Below, one piece after another: positions 53,956 to 62,327 of a stretch of DNA of 64,000 nucleotides (position 1 is the first letter of the stretch; each line of letters opens with the position of its first letter). The notes below the pieces were generated by a model that ran no database searches, was not told the origin of the DNA, and saw only the letters and a list, made by a program, of their open reading frames with translations. The DNA is taken from the IMG/VR virus record IMGVR_UViG_3300048904_000202, positions 68,007 to 132,006 of that record. One strand, written 5' to 3'. This DNA comes from a virus (Duplodnaviria; Heunggongvirae; Uroviricota; Caudoviricetes). Made by a program: the position numbers and the translations under genes.

Positions 53956-54704
53956 ACGAAATACGGTGTCCTGTCCTTGAACCCGTTGAGTGCCTTGGTC
54001 TCGCGAATGTATTCGTAGAGCTTGGCAAGTAGGTCCGGGTCGTGTTGGCGAGGATCGATGCGCGCGGTGAGGATCGCGTCGATCGCTTCGATGTTCTGGG
54101 CGGCGAGTTCGTCCCTGCCGCAAAAGCAATCGGGGATGCGGGCATATTCCTCTGCGACCGCCGGCACCTCAAAGAGGCGGCAGAGTTCTAGAATTTCGGT
54201 CTTCGAGAAGACATTGATCGGCTGGACCGACACGCTCTTGGCGAGTGCGGTATAGGTTCCCAACGCCTTCTCGGTGTTGTTCATTGTCCCTACGACCCAG
54301 AAGTTCTCACCGGGGTCGCGCACCGTGACCTTGACGCTACCGAACTCATCGACCGCGACGTGGTTTAGCGCCCGCAGGTGCAAGTCAGCCCAGCGCTGTG
54401 GGTCGAAGTTCCCGCCGAGTGGCGACAGACATTCTACCTTGGCGGACGGGCAATGCCGCGCCAGCCACCACAGAATGTTGGCCTCGAACCAAGTGGGCTT
54501 ACGCCGTTGGTGATCCGCATAGTGGATGCCCCAGACGCGATCGGCGATTCCCATAATCTCCGCCGCCTCATAGACGAGAGTGAAGGCGATGATGCTGTCG
54601 GTGCCGGACAGGCCCATGAGGAGGCCGGGGACCGGGGTCTGCGACATTCGCATTTTCGCGACGAGACGATCCCGCGCGCGGAGGAATTTGTCAGCGACGC
54701 TCAT
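53952..54704 (-). CDS. NadE-like PP-loop ATP pyrophosphatase (NH3-dependent NAD+ synthetase-like)
   Basis: LLMGLSGTDSIIAF matches NadE LVLGISGGQDS; later VVGTMNNTEKALGTYT matches NadE VVGTDHAAEAITGFFT; start revised to MSVADKF (ATGA overlap with P3). Confidence 0.55.
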   Translation of the reverse strand: MSVADKFLRARDRLVAKMRMSQTPVPGLLMGLSGTDSIIAFTLVYEAAEIMGIADRVWGIHYADHQRRKPTWFEANILWWLARHCPSAKVECLSPLGGNFDPQRWADLHLRALNHVAVDEFGSVKVTVRDPGENFWVVGTMNNTEKALGTYTALAKSVSVQPINVFSKTEILELCRLFEVPAVAEEYARIPDCFCGRDELAAQNIEAIDAILTARIDPRQHDPDLLAKLYEYIRETKALNGFKDRTPYFV

Positions 54705-55078
54705 GCCGCGAGCTTCCGCAGGTACGGGATCACATCCGGATTGCCGCGCCATAGCGGCTTCTCGGCGGTCTCCATGGTGTCCACGTCATAACGTTCATTG
54801 ATCGCATCATTGAGCTTGACGATCGCGGCGAACTGCGTGCCGTCGAGGCCGGAGATGTGGTAGAACCACCGGCGGTTGTCGCGATCGACGCCGTGCATGG
54901 AAGTCGGGGCCTCGCCACACTCCTTGGCAATGCGACCGATGGCGCAGAAGCACTCGGCGTCAGGGTGGTTGGGACCAACATAGTCACCGGCGGCGTTGGC
55001 CGCGTAGAAGGCGGCCATGTGCTTGTCGGGGTTCGCTTCCAGCCAGTCGGCGGCGCGGCGGATAGCTTCCTTGTTCAT
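54701..55078 (-). CDS. paralog family member P3
   Basis: 125 aa; shared N-terminus MNKEAIRRAADWLEANPDKH, CFCAIGRI, C-terminus YLRKLAA. Confidence 0.55.
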   Translation of the reverse strand: MNKEAIRRAADWLEANPDKHMAAFYAANAAGDYVGPNHPDAECFCAIGRIAKECGEAPTSMHGVDRDNRRWFYHISGLDGTQFAAIVKLNDAINERYDVDTMETAEKPLWRGNPDVIPYLRKLAA

Positions 55079-55410
55079 GCGAGTAATTCCCTGAGGGTGG
55101 CGGCCATGTATCGGGCGGCGGTTTTTGGCGGCATCGCCTCGACGACGGCGTCGTTGATCTCGGTCAGCCTATCCAAAGTCTCGAAGGACAGGCCGGTGAC
55201 GCGAGGAAACAGTTCTTGGGGCCGGTGTGCGACTGTCGCCTTGACGCCAGTCTCGTGAATCAATCGACCTACCGTGCAAAAACACACGGCGAGGCTTCCG
55301 GTCGGTCCTGTCCTGCGGCCCTCCGCAGTGCGGGCGAAATCACCGGCAAGCAGCTTGTCGGGGTTACGCTCGATCCAGTCGGCGGCGCGGCGGATTGCTT
55401 CGACGTTCAC
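55075..55410 (-). CDS. paralog family member P2 (most diverged)
   Basis: 111 aa; GTG start in GTGA overlap; MNVEAIRRAADWIERNPDK...CFCTVGRL...LRELLA. Confidence 0.55.
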   Translation of the reverse strand: MNVEAIRRAADWIERNPDKLLAGDFARTAEGRRTGPTGSLAVCFCTVGRLIHETGVKATVAHRPQELFPRVTGLSFETLDRLTEINDAVVEAMPPKTAARYMAATLRELLA

Positions 55411-55685
55411 GCGGTCACCTTGGCATTGTCGAGGAGGGCGATCATGTTCCGAAGCGCCATGGCATGGCGTTCGAAATAGCCCAGTCGGAGCATATTGAAG
55501 TCCCGCTCCCGGATGTAGAATCCGACACTAGACGAGAAGGCACTCCGCTCTGCTATGGCGATAATGTTGTTCGCCATCTGCGTGTGGGCGCGGCTGTTAC
55601 GTCCCTTGTCTTCGGCGTCGGTAAGCATCTGCTCCAACGCCTCACGGTCGTTCGCGGCGTAATCTCTGGGATCATAATATTTCAC
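55407..55685 (-). CDS. hypothetical protein
   Basis: GTG start in GTGA overlap with upstream stop; ORF-track start overlaps neighbour by 100 nt. Confidence 0.4.
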   Translation of the reverse strand: MKYYDPRDYAANDREALEQMLTDAEDKGRNSRAHTQMANNIIAIAERSAFSSSVGFYIRERDFNMLRLGYFERHAMALRNMIALLDNAKVTA

Positions 55686-56074
55686 GCCGCGAGCCTTTCC
55701 TTGATGTGTGAGGCGTAGACCGCTTTGCCCCGGATGCGACCGCGCGCCGCCGGGTGGACGATCTGGATATGCGGTGTCGCCCACCGGCGAAGATGTGCGG
55801 CGACCTTCTCGCCCATCGCGACAACCGTCCAGCCGGCGCGGTGTGCCTGATCGACGACATCGCCGCTGCGGACGCGCGGCAGTTCGATCGCGTCAGGGTG
55901 GTCGCCGAACAGGTTGAAGAATTGGACACACGTCGTGTCGGTCGGATCGATCCCGAGCGGCTTGAGCGCGTCGAAGAGTTGTTTGGCTGCCAGACCGCCG
56001 TCCTGCCACGTGATGTTCTTGGCGTGGGCGGTTGGGGAGGGCTTCTCTCCTACGAAGAAGTATCGCTGGGTCAT
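55682..56074 (-). CDS. small protein with UDG-superfamily-like motifs
   Basis: 130 aa; FFVGEKPS (cf. GE[AG]PG) and IVHPAARG (cf. HPAA/HPSP); ends ...KERLAA like the paralog family. Confidence 0.4.
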   Translation of the reverse strand: MTQRYFFVGEKPSPTAHAKNITWQDGGLAAKQLFDALKPLGIDPTDTTCVQFFNLFGDHPDAIELPRVRSGDVVDQAHRAGWTVVAMGEKVAAHLRRWATPHIQIVHPAARGRIRGKAVYASHIKERLAA

Positions 56075-56385
56075 GCCGCGAGTTTCCGCAGATACGTGAT
56101 GACGGTCGTCTTGCTGCTGGCAGTGTCGTTCATGGACCAGATGTCCGAGGACTGGTCAAAGGTCAGACCGGCAGCCTTCTGGATAGGCTCATAGCCGCTG
56201 ATGCGGGGGATCACATGGACGCCGGCTTCCTTCGCAATGCGGCCGAGCGCGCAGAAACATGTCGCTCGTGAAGATGTCGGCGAGACGGGAGTTCCGAGGT
56301 CCGTAGTCGCTAGGTCCCCTGTGATATGCTTGTCGGGATTTGCTTCCAGCCAGTCGGCAGCGCGGAGAATGGCGTCACGGTTCAA
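56071..56385 (-). CDS. paralog family member P1
   Basis: 104 aa; TTG start in TTGA overlap; MNRDAILRAADWLEANPDKH...CFCALGRI...YLRKLAA. Confidence 0.55.
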   Translation of the reverse strand: MNRDAILRAADWLEANPDKHITGDLATTDLGTPVSPTSSRATCFCALGRIAKEAGVHVIPRISGYEPIQKAAGLTFDQSSDIWSMNDTASSKTTVITYLRKLAA

Positions 56386-56738
56386 AGGTGGCTCCCTTCG
56401 TTAAGATCATTGAGGAGGCTGGCGAACTTCTCCGCCCAGCGCAGGCCGCGAAGGGTGGGTTCGAACCGGGCGACAATACCGTTACCGGGCAAGAAGTGCG
56501 GGTCGAGGATGCGCCGCGAACGCGGGTCCCATTCGGTCACCAACACCTTCTTGCCCTCGAAGTTGGTGCAACCGGGGTAGCTGATCATCGACACGAACAG
56601 GTCGCCGACTGGCTTAACCGTCTCGACGACGAAGTTGTCCGGCGTCGGTGCAGGTCCGGGCTGGTTGGCCGGCGGGTCCCAGATCGTGCGATTGCCGGCG
56701 GCCGAGCGCAGACCAGCGGAAGCGAACAGGCTGCCCAT
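56382..56738 (-). CDS. hypothetical protein
   Basis: 118-aa ORF. Confidence 0.45.
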   Translation of the reverse strand: MGSLFASAGLRSAAGNRTIWDPPANQPGPAPTPDNFVVETVKPVGDLFVSMISYPGCTNFEGKKVLVTEWDPRSRRILDPHFLPGNGIVARFEPTLRGLRWAEKFASLLNDLNEGSHL

Positions 56739-57031
56739 CAGACGAGACTCCTCAGCGAGGTAGCCAGCGCCTCACGCTCCTTGGTGAGGGTGAGGGCCTC
56801 TTGTGCCCTGTTGCTTCCCTGACGGCGGGCCTCACGGGCCCAATCCTCGTGGTCGTTCCATTCCCTGAGGTGACGCCGTTGTTCGTCCCTCGCCGATTCG
56901 ATCAGGCGATCCAGTTCTGCGATCCGCTGTTGGATGCCGGCACGAGCCGCCGCCAACACGTCCGCCGAGAGTCCCGTCCGAGCTACAACAGGGGTGGGAG
57001 CGCTGTTGCGGCGCTTTCTGAGCGGCCACAT
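56738..57031 (-). CDS. hypothetical protein
   Basis: Start revised to MWPLRKRR (TAATG overlap); a 59-aa ORF fills 57031-57210. Confidence 0.4.
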   Translation of the reverse strand: MWPLRKRRNSAPTPVVARTGLSADVLAAARAGIQQRIAELDRLIESARDEQRRHLREWNDHEDWAREARRQGSNRAQEALTLTKEREALATSLRSLV

Positions 57032-57209
57032 TACGCCGGCACCATACCGGGCTGAGCGACGATGATCTCGACGCCGTGGGGCACCGTGATATCCTGTCCG
57101 CGATCGTACTGGCGCTGAGCGTCGGCGCACAGACGGACGCGCTCGAACAGGCCTTCACGGGTGACGGGGTTTGGTCCGGGGAACCGGAGCATGACGTTGC
57201 CGGTACGCA

Positions 57210-57842
57210 TCAGTCACAACCCCGGCACGAGAAGTCGATCGTGCCACGCGCCAGCTTGGTGCCGAGAAGCGCGTCCATCTTGTCCCAGAACTCGTCGTAG
57301 GAGTGGTAGTGATTGATCCACCACGGTTCATCATCGGTGGTTGACCAGCGCATAGCGTCGCTGATCATGTCGTCGTAGGGGACGCCGGCATCGCGAGCGA
57401 AATTGCGCAACCACAACATGGCTTCGAAATGTGCGGATCGGCTGTCAGAGCCGGCAGGCGCGGTTTGTTCGGGTGCCGCAAGCGCTACATCGGACGGTGC
57501 GAATGCCGGATGATCCCAGACGTGGCGCAGCGTTGAAATCTGGCCGGGATTGAGCAGCATGAGGAAGCGCTCGCCCTTGCGGACATTGCACTTGAGGTAC
57601 GGATCGACGACGCCGAGCGCGTGACGAGTGGTCATGCCCGAGTGGCGGTCACCACCATGCGGCGCGGCGACGGCCGTACCGTCTTCGAGCAGACCGATCG
57701 GACAGCCGGGTTTCAGTTCCTCGGCGGCGGTGACGGGCTCGACCGCGATGTGGATCGCGTCGCGCTTGACGGTGTGATCGATGATGCATCCCAGCACGCG
57801 TAGGGCGTCGGTGTCGGGTGTGCGGGTGTCGGCGGATGCCAT
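57210..57842 (-). CDS. hypothetical protein (210 aa)
   Basis: ORF with 1-nt overlaps at both ends. Confidence 0.5.
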   Translation of the reverse strand: MASADTRTPDTDALRVLGCIIDHTVKRDAIHIAVEPVTAAEELKPGCPIGLLEDGTAVAAPHGGDRHSGMTTRHALGVVDPYLKCNVRKGERFLMLLNPGQISTLRHVWDHPAFAPSDVALAAPEQTAPAGSDSRSAHFEAMLWLRNFARDAGVPYDDMISDAMRWSTTDDEPWWINHYHSYDEFWDKMDALLGTKLARGTIDFSCRGCD

Positions 57843-59116
57843 TAAATGCCTCCTTCTTGAGCTATGTCCCAGCGCCGGCCGGCGCGAGGATCGGGTTTCT
57901 TTTCAGGCGGAGCGCCTCGTTGATCATTGGCGCCGCGTTGGTATTTCGCCTTGGACGCTTCGATCAGGTCCTTGGTGTCCTTGAGCATTTTGCGCTTGCC
58001 TATCTGGAAGTGCGGGTGATCGGGCTCGCGGCGGCGCGCCTCTTCCTCGGAGATGAACTCGCGCTTGGGCTTGGCGGCTAGACGTTCGCGCTCGCGCTCC
58101 AGCCACGCGTCGTTCTCGGCGTCGCGGGCCGCCTGCTGCTCACGCAACCGGTTCTCGCGGACCTGCTCCTCGACATCGGGATCGTCCTTGAACGCATCGA
58201 CGATGATCCGCGCGATCCGCGACGAGGCAGGACCGGCGGCCGCCAGTTCGTTACAGGCGTCGATCGCGTGATCGAGACGATTATGGGCGTGGATGCGGTT
58301 GCGCTCACCACGCTCCATCATCGGTTCGCGCGCCTTGCGGTTGAAGATGATATAGGGCGCGGACACCTGTTCCTCGCCCTTAGGCATGAAGCGGACCTCA
58401 TAGTCGCCGGCCCGGTAGTGGACCTCGCCGAGCGCCGGTTTTGGATCAGGCGCGATCTCGTAGAAATAGAGAGCGTCGCGCTCCGCATCATAGATCGAGG
58501 GGTAAATGACGGGCTGGCCGTTATCGTCGATCGCGACATAGAGGCCGCGTTCGTCGAGGATCGTCACCGCGTACTGGTTGACGAGATGTGGGAGATCGCC
58601 CGTCTGGTTGTTTCCACCCCGCGCCGCTCGGCCGCGCCTCTTCGCCTCGTTGGTGATGCAGCGCCAGACCTGCGCGATCGGGTTCGTGCCATCGACACAA
58701 ATCTGAAAGCGACTGGTGTTGAACCCATAGCGCGGCATCCGCTTCTGCGCCTTGGGACCGGGCTTGCCGGCCGTGGGCTTGTTCCTCGATCCCTTGGGCC
58801 GGCCGCGACCGCGCTTGGGGGTTTCGTCAGTGGCCGCAGGAGTCGCGGGATTGCCATAAGTCGATGAGCCAGATGGCGGCGCCTTAGTGGTCTTCGTGAC
58901 ATAGACCGCGAGGGACGCGTCGTTCGCCACAGTATCACGGGTGATCTTCTTCATCCCGCGCCGTGCGGACGCTTCGTCGGCGAAACCACGGATACGGCGT
59001 TCGCTGCCATAGAGCGGCTGGCGGTTGATCGTATGGACCTCGACCCAGTACGGATTCGCACTGGCCGGCACATGCACGAGCCGGTGGAGTCCATCACTGG
59101 TTAGGGGTTCACTCAC
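57842..59116 (-). CDS. AT-hook DNA-binding protein next to the iteron array (candidate replication initiator or regulator)
   Basis: 424 aa; GTG start; PKRGRGRPKGSRNKP AT-hook; first gene of the leftward block, about 200 bp from the iterons. Confidence 0.55.
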   Translation of the reverse strand: MSEPLTSDGLHRLVHVPASANPYWVEVHTINRQPLYGSERRIRGFADEASARRGMKKITRDTVANDASLAVYVTKTTKAPPSGSSTYGNPATPAATDETPKRGRGRPKGSRNKPTAGKPGPKAQKRMPRYGFNTSRFQICVDGTNPIAQVWRCITNEAKRRGRAARGGNNQTGDLPHLVNQYAVTILDERGLYVAIDDNGQPVIYPSIYDAERDALYFYEIAPDPKPALGEVHYRAGDYEVRFMPKGEEQVSAPYIIFNRKAREPMMERGERNRIHAHNRLDHAIDACNELAAAGPASSRIARIIVDAFKDDPDVEEQVRENRLREQQAARDAENDAWLERERERLAAKPKREFISEEEARRREPDHPHFQIGKRKMLKDTKDLIEASKAKYQRGANDQRGAPPEKKPDPRAGRRWDIAQEGGI

Positions 59117-59149
59117 GATTGCGACTCACGGCTCCGATGTTGATGGAGA

Positions 59150-59185
59150 CTAACTATCCATGATTCGGTGATGCGTCAAGCTGCA
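59150..59185 (-). promoter_or_regulatory. leftward promoter TTGACG-N17-TAGTTA
   Basis: rc: GCTTGACGCATCACCGAATCATGGATAGTTAGTC upstream of the AT-hook gene. Confidence 0.4.
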
Positions 59186-59324
59186 TGTGAAACCGGGTTC
59201 GGGTCGAGAATGCCTGAAATGCGCGCTCGCCGGGATCATCACTCGCTGGGTGGCAGGTTATCCATTTTTATCACAACAGGTCGGCCGCGAATTGAGGTTC
59301 CGATATGCCGGGTTGCCATGGTGC

Positions 59325-59434
59325 CGTGATGACATGAGGCCGTGATGGTCAGTTGCGCGTGATGATGATGGCCGTGATGGCGCGTTGGGCGTGATGATTT
59401 GTGGAAATGAAGGGGTAAATAGTGGGGCGTGATG
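59325..59434. repeat. iteron array: six copies of (G/C)CGTGATG(A/G) at 15-17 bp spacing (candidate origin of replication or operator array)
   Basis: CGTGATG begins at 59325, 59341, 59358, 59373, 59390 and 59428; located in the gene-free divergent region. Confidence 0.6.
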
Positions 59435-59589
59435 GGTTGGGTGGGATGCAAAAACCGCAGAAATCCGCCATTTTCTAGCTTTTTCCGGGCTTTCTTACAC
59501 CGCGCTCCAACTTTTCCTTTTCCATTGCATCAGTCCGCCGGTGAATTGGGGTAGCGGTTACCGGTGCCCTGTGCGGTCAGCGAGGCCCT

Positions 59590-59660
59590 GATGTGGGTAC
59601 TTCTCTATTCTACTTTCTTTTATAAAAGAGATAAATATATACACATACACACAAGACTGG
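59590..59660. other. AT-rich block (possible DNA-unwinding element)
   Basis: TTCTCTATTCTACTTTCTTTTATAAAAGAGATAAATATATACACATACACACAAG inside a genome that is otherwise over 60 percent GC. Confidence 0.45.
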
Positions 59661-59744
59661 AGCGAGACCGGCCGCAGAGCTAGGGTTCCGCTCCGAACCT
59701 GTTTATTATCCCGACACCATATCGCAGAGAAAAGCCGGAACGAG

Positions 59745-59830
59745 CCGATTTCGCTTGATCCGAGGGCGTTAGTCTGGCTAACCATTGGTCCATCGAGACT
59801 AACAGTCAGCCTCGATCAACACTCAGGATC
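59745..59830 (+). promoter_or_regulatory. rightward motif-B-like promoter for the plus-strand operon
   Basis: GATTTCGCTTGATCC (plus strand) matches the TTTCGCTTGAC core of motif B; about 90 nt upstream of the first plus gene. Confidence 0.35.
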
Positions 59831-59841
59831 ACATCACGGCT

Positions 59842-60183
59842 ATGGATCAGCACGGCTACATTCTCAAGGGCAACAGCAAGACGGCGCCCACTGACTACAT
59901 CCCCTCCCTCATCGGTGTCGACGAAACACAGACCAACGCCAGCCGGGGCGACCCCTATTTCGAACGGGTAGACATCGCCGATCGCCGGATCAGCAGTCTG
60001 TCGGTTTCGCGCTGGGTCAGCTACGATAGCTTGCCGCTCGAATACCGCGATCCGATCCTCGCCGTCCAGTCACCGCACGGCGCCTATTACATCCCGGCCA
60101 GCGAGCTTCACGAGATCGCCGCGTTCCACCACGATGATGACACCATCGAGATGCTGGCGGCGCTCAAGGTGCTGCCCCGGTGA
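59842..60183 (+). CDS. hypothetical protein
   Basis: 113-aa ORF, first gene of the rightward block. Confidence 0.45.
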   Translation: MDQHGYILKGNSKTAPTDYIPSLIGVDETQTNASRGDPYFERVDIADRRISSLSVSRWVSYDSLPLEYRDPILAVQSPHGAYYIPASELHEIAAFHHDDDTIEMLAALKVLPR

Positions 60184-60500
60184 CCATCCCGGCCGAAGAA
60201 ATGCTTCGGGTCGCAACCGAGGCGAACATCCTCAAGATCATGGGTGAGCGGCAAATCCGCTCGCTGACGATCGATTATATCCCGGCGCGTGGGCAGATCA
60301 TCGTCCCTCGATTGGATGAAGATGACGACAGCCTCACCGCGCCGCGCCCGACCATCTATCCGCTGACCTATCACCTCGAAGACGCTGTGTTCGGCGTCGT
60401 CCTGTATGTGGCCCTGACCTGTCAGGGGAAGGTCATCGTCAATCCGTTCCCGTTCGATAGTTGGGAACACTTGGCGACGTGCGGCATCGTCAAACGCTGA
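60180..60500 (+). CDS. hypothetical protein
   Basis: GTG start in GTGA overlap. Confidence 0.45.
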   Translation: MTIPAEEMLRVATEANILKIMGERQIRSLTIDYIPARGQIIVPRLDEDDDSLTAPRPTIYPLTYHLEDAVFGVVLYVALTCQGKVIVNPFPFDSWEHLATCGIVKR

Positions 60501-60510
60501 GAGGACCCCT

Positions 60511-60819
60511 ATGGCGAACGAGAACATCGCCGAGCGCGAGGAACGCCGAAACACCTTCTATCGCATCGGCGGCTTCCGCCATTTCCGCGAGGTCAGGGTG
60601 CCGTTGCTGCGTCGCTACATCGACGCGGACCACAATGTCATGGAGTTTGAGCCGATCTATCCGGACCAGCCGGAATATCACGGTTACGCGCCATTCGACT
60701 TTCGTCTCGCGTTCTTGACCGTCGAGAGCGACGTGTTGGCGTGCGTGGTATCGGGCGGCTTGGTCATCGTCGATCCATGGTTGTGGGAAGGGTACGACAA
60801 CCTTCCGTTCCATCGCTGA
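60511..60819 (+). CDS. hypothetical protein
   Basis: 102 aa with RBS GAGAGGA. Confidence 0.5.
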   Translation: MANENIAEREERRNTFYRIGGFRHFREVRVPLLRRYIDADHNVMEFEPIYPDQPEYHGYAPFDFRLAFLTVESDVLACVVSGGLVIVDPWLWEGYDNLPFHR

Positions 60820-61259
60820 TGTTTAGCTTTCCGGTCACAGTACCGTTCCGCGATCCGGAAGGTGTGTTTCCCGTGGACCTATCGATTTGCGTCGACAATG
60901 TCCTCAAGGTTACCCCTCTTGACAAAGATCATAGTTTTGGTGTAGAGTCTGACACACTCTACTCCTGCCTGCCGTCCTGCGAGATACTTTTCGAGGACGG
61001 CCGCAAACTCCCGGTCATGGAAACGGCGGCGACGATCAATCGCTACCTCGACCTGTACCGGCAGATCGAGAGCTTCTACACAGCGCCGGCCACGCCCGCT
61101 CGAAGTTCAGCACAAGGCATCCGCTCCCAGCATTTGCGAACCGAACGGCCTGACGCCGTGCGGGTCCACCCGCTGACCGGAGCGACGGAGGGAGTAGTCG
61201 TCCCTCTCTTTGGCCGAACCTCCCCATGCGCTTCATCGGAGGCATCGACCCCGGACTAA
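60819..61259 (+). CDS. hypothetical protein
   Basis: Start revised to MFSFPVTVPF (TGATG overlap). Confidence 0.4.
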   Translation: MFSFPVTVPFRDPEGVFPVDLSICVDNVLKVTPLDKDHSFGVESDTLYSCLPSCEILFEDGRKLPVMETAATINRYLDLYRQIESFYTAPATPARSSAQGIRSQHLRTERPDAVRVHPLTGATEGVVVPLFGRTSPCASSEASTPD

Positions 61260-61795
61260 CCGGGGCGCTCGCCGTCCTCGATTTCGACCTAGCCTGCCTG
61301 CACCTCTGGGACACCCCGACTGTCTCGGTGCAGGTAGGCGACAAGGTACGCAAACGCGTTGACCCTATCGCCTGTGCCGAGGCGGTAGGGCGTTTCCCAT
61401 TGGACTCCTCGCTGATCGAGAATGTCCACTCAACACCGAACGACGGTCACGCCGGTGCCTTCACCTTTGGCAAGGCGACCGGGATCATGATCGGTGTCTT
61501 TGCCGGGCTCGACTTCCCGCTCGGCAGCGTCGCTCCCGCAAAGTGGAAAATGGCGATGCAGGTTCCGGCCGACAAAGGCGATGCCATGCGTCGAGCCTCA
61601 GAAATGTTCCCGCGCTGTACCAAGGCTTGGGCACGCAAAATGGACAACGGTCGCGCCGAGGCGGCCATCATCGCGCTCTTCCACGCGATCTCGCTGGGTC
61701 TCCAACCCACCCGCCCGTTCGACCTCGGTCTCGTGAACGGGAAACCCTTCATCTCCTCCCCACCGAAAGCGCCCCGTCGTGCCCGAACTCACTAA
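61226..61795 (+). CDS. RuvC-like Holliday junction resolvase (phage-type)
   Basis: MRFIGGIDPGLTGALAVL matches RuvC motif I (GIDPG..G.A); 189 aa; sits just before the terminase genes. Confidence 0.75.
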   Translation: MRFIGGIDPGLTGALAVLDFDLACLHLWDTPTVSVQVGDKVRKRVDPIACAEAVGRFPLDSSLIENVHSTPNDGHAGAFTFGKATGIMIGVFAGLDFPLGSVAPAKWKMAMQVPADKGDAMRRASEMFPRCTKAWARKMDNGRAEAAIIALFHAISLGLQPTRPFDLGLVNGKPFISSPPKAPRRARTH

Positions 61796-62324
61796 CCGTC
61801 GTCAGGAACTGTTTGCCCGTCATCTCGGCGAAGGCGACCACACCATGACGCAGGCGCTGGCCTACGAACTGGCCGGTTACACACCGTCAGCCTCGAACGC
61901 GAGCGTCTTGGCCAACAAGCCGGAGATCGCGGAGCGCATCAAGGAAATCCGCGCCGAGAAGGAACGTCGTGAACTGGAGTTCCGCGTCCGCCTCCACGAA
62001 GCCGGTCTCGACGAGAAAGACCCCGAGACAGCCAAGCGCGTCGTGATCGAATGGAACGACAATGTCGTTCGCGACATGCTGTCCGAGAACGCCCGGCTCG
62101 CACAGGTTGCGGGACAGTTTCAGGCAGCCAAGGAGTCGATCAAGCTGATCGGCGACAGCCTCGGTACCTTCGATAAGGCGACCGCCGCCGACAACAAGAA
62201 ACTCCCGGCGCCGGCCGGCAGCCCGCTTCAAGTCAGTTTCAATCTCAACGGCGCGCTCGAAGGCGCTGCCGCGTCCGTCGAAGAACCGGCCGACGACAAT
62301 CCGCTGGCTCCCCGAAAGAAGTAA
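61779..62324 (+). CDS. terminase small subunit
   Basis: N-terminal LTNRRQELFARHLGEGDHTMTQALAYELAGYTPSASNASVLANKPEI fits the TerS HTH-type N-domain; GTG start overlapping ruvC-like stop. Confidence 0.7.
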   Translation: MPELTNRRQELFARHLGEGDHTMTQALAYELAGYTPSASNASVLANKPEIAERIKEIRAEKERRELEFRVRLHEAGLDEKDPETAKRVVIEWNDNVVRDMLSENARLAQVAGQFQAAKESIKLIGDSLGTFDKATAADNKKLPAPAGSPLQVSFNLNGALEGAAASVEEPADDNPLAPRKK

Positions 62325-62327
62325 CTC

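Noticed and set aside
57842-59116. AT-hook protein as a ParB or Rha-type antirepressor
   Set aside because: No ParB GxxRxxA box or Rha/KilA-N signature was recognised. Its function is left open, as initiator or regulator.
59625-59655. (AC)n-like run ATACACATACACACAAG as a microsatellite or mobile-element end
   Set aside because: Short and imperfect. Better treated as part of the AT-rich unwinding block.
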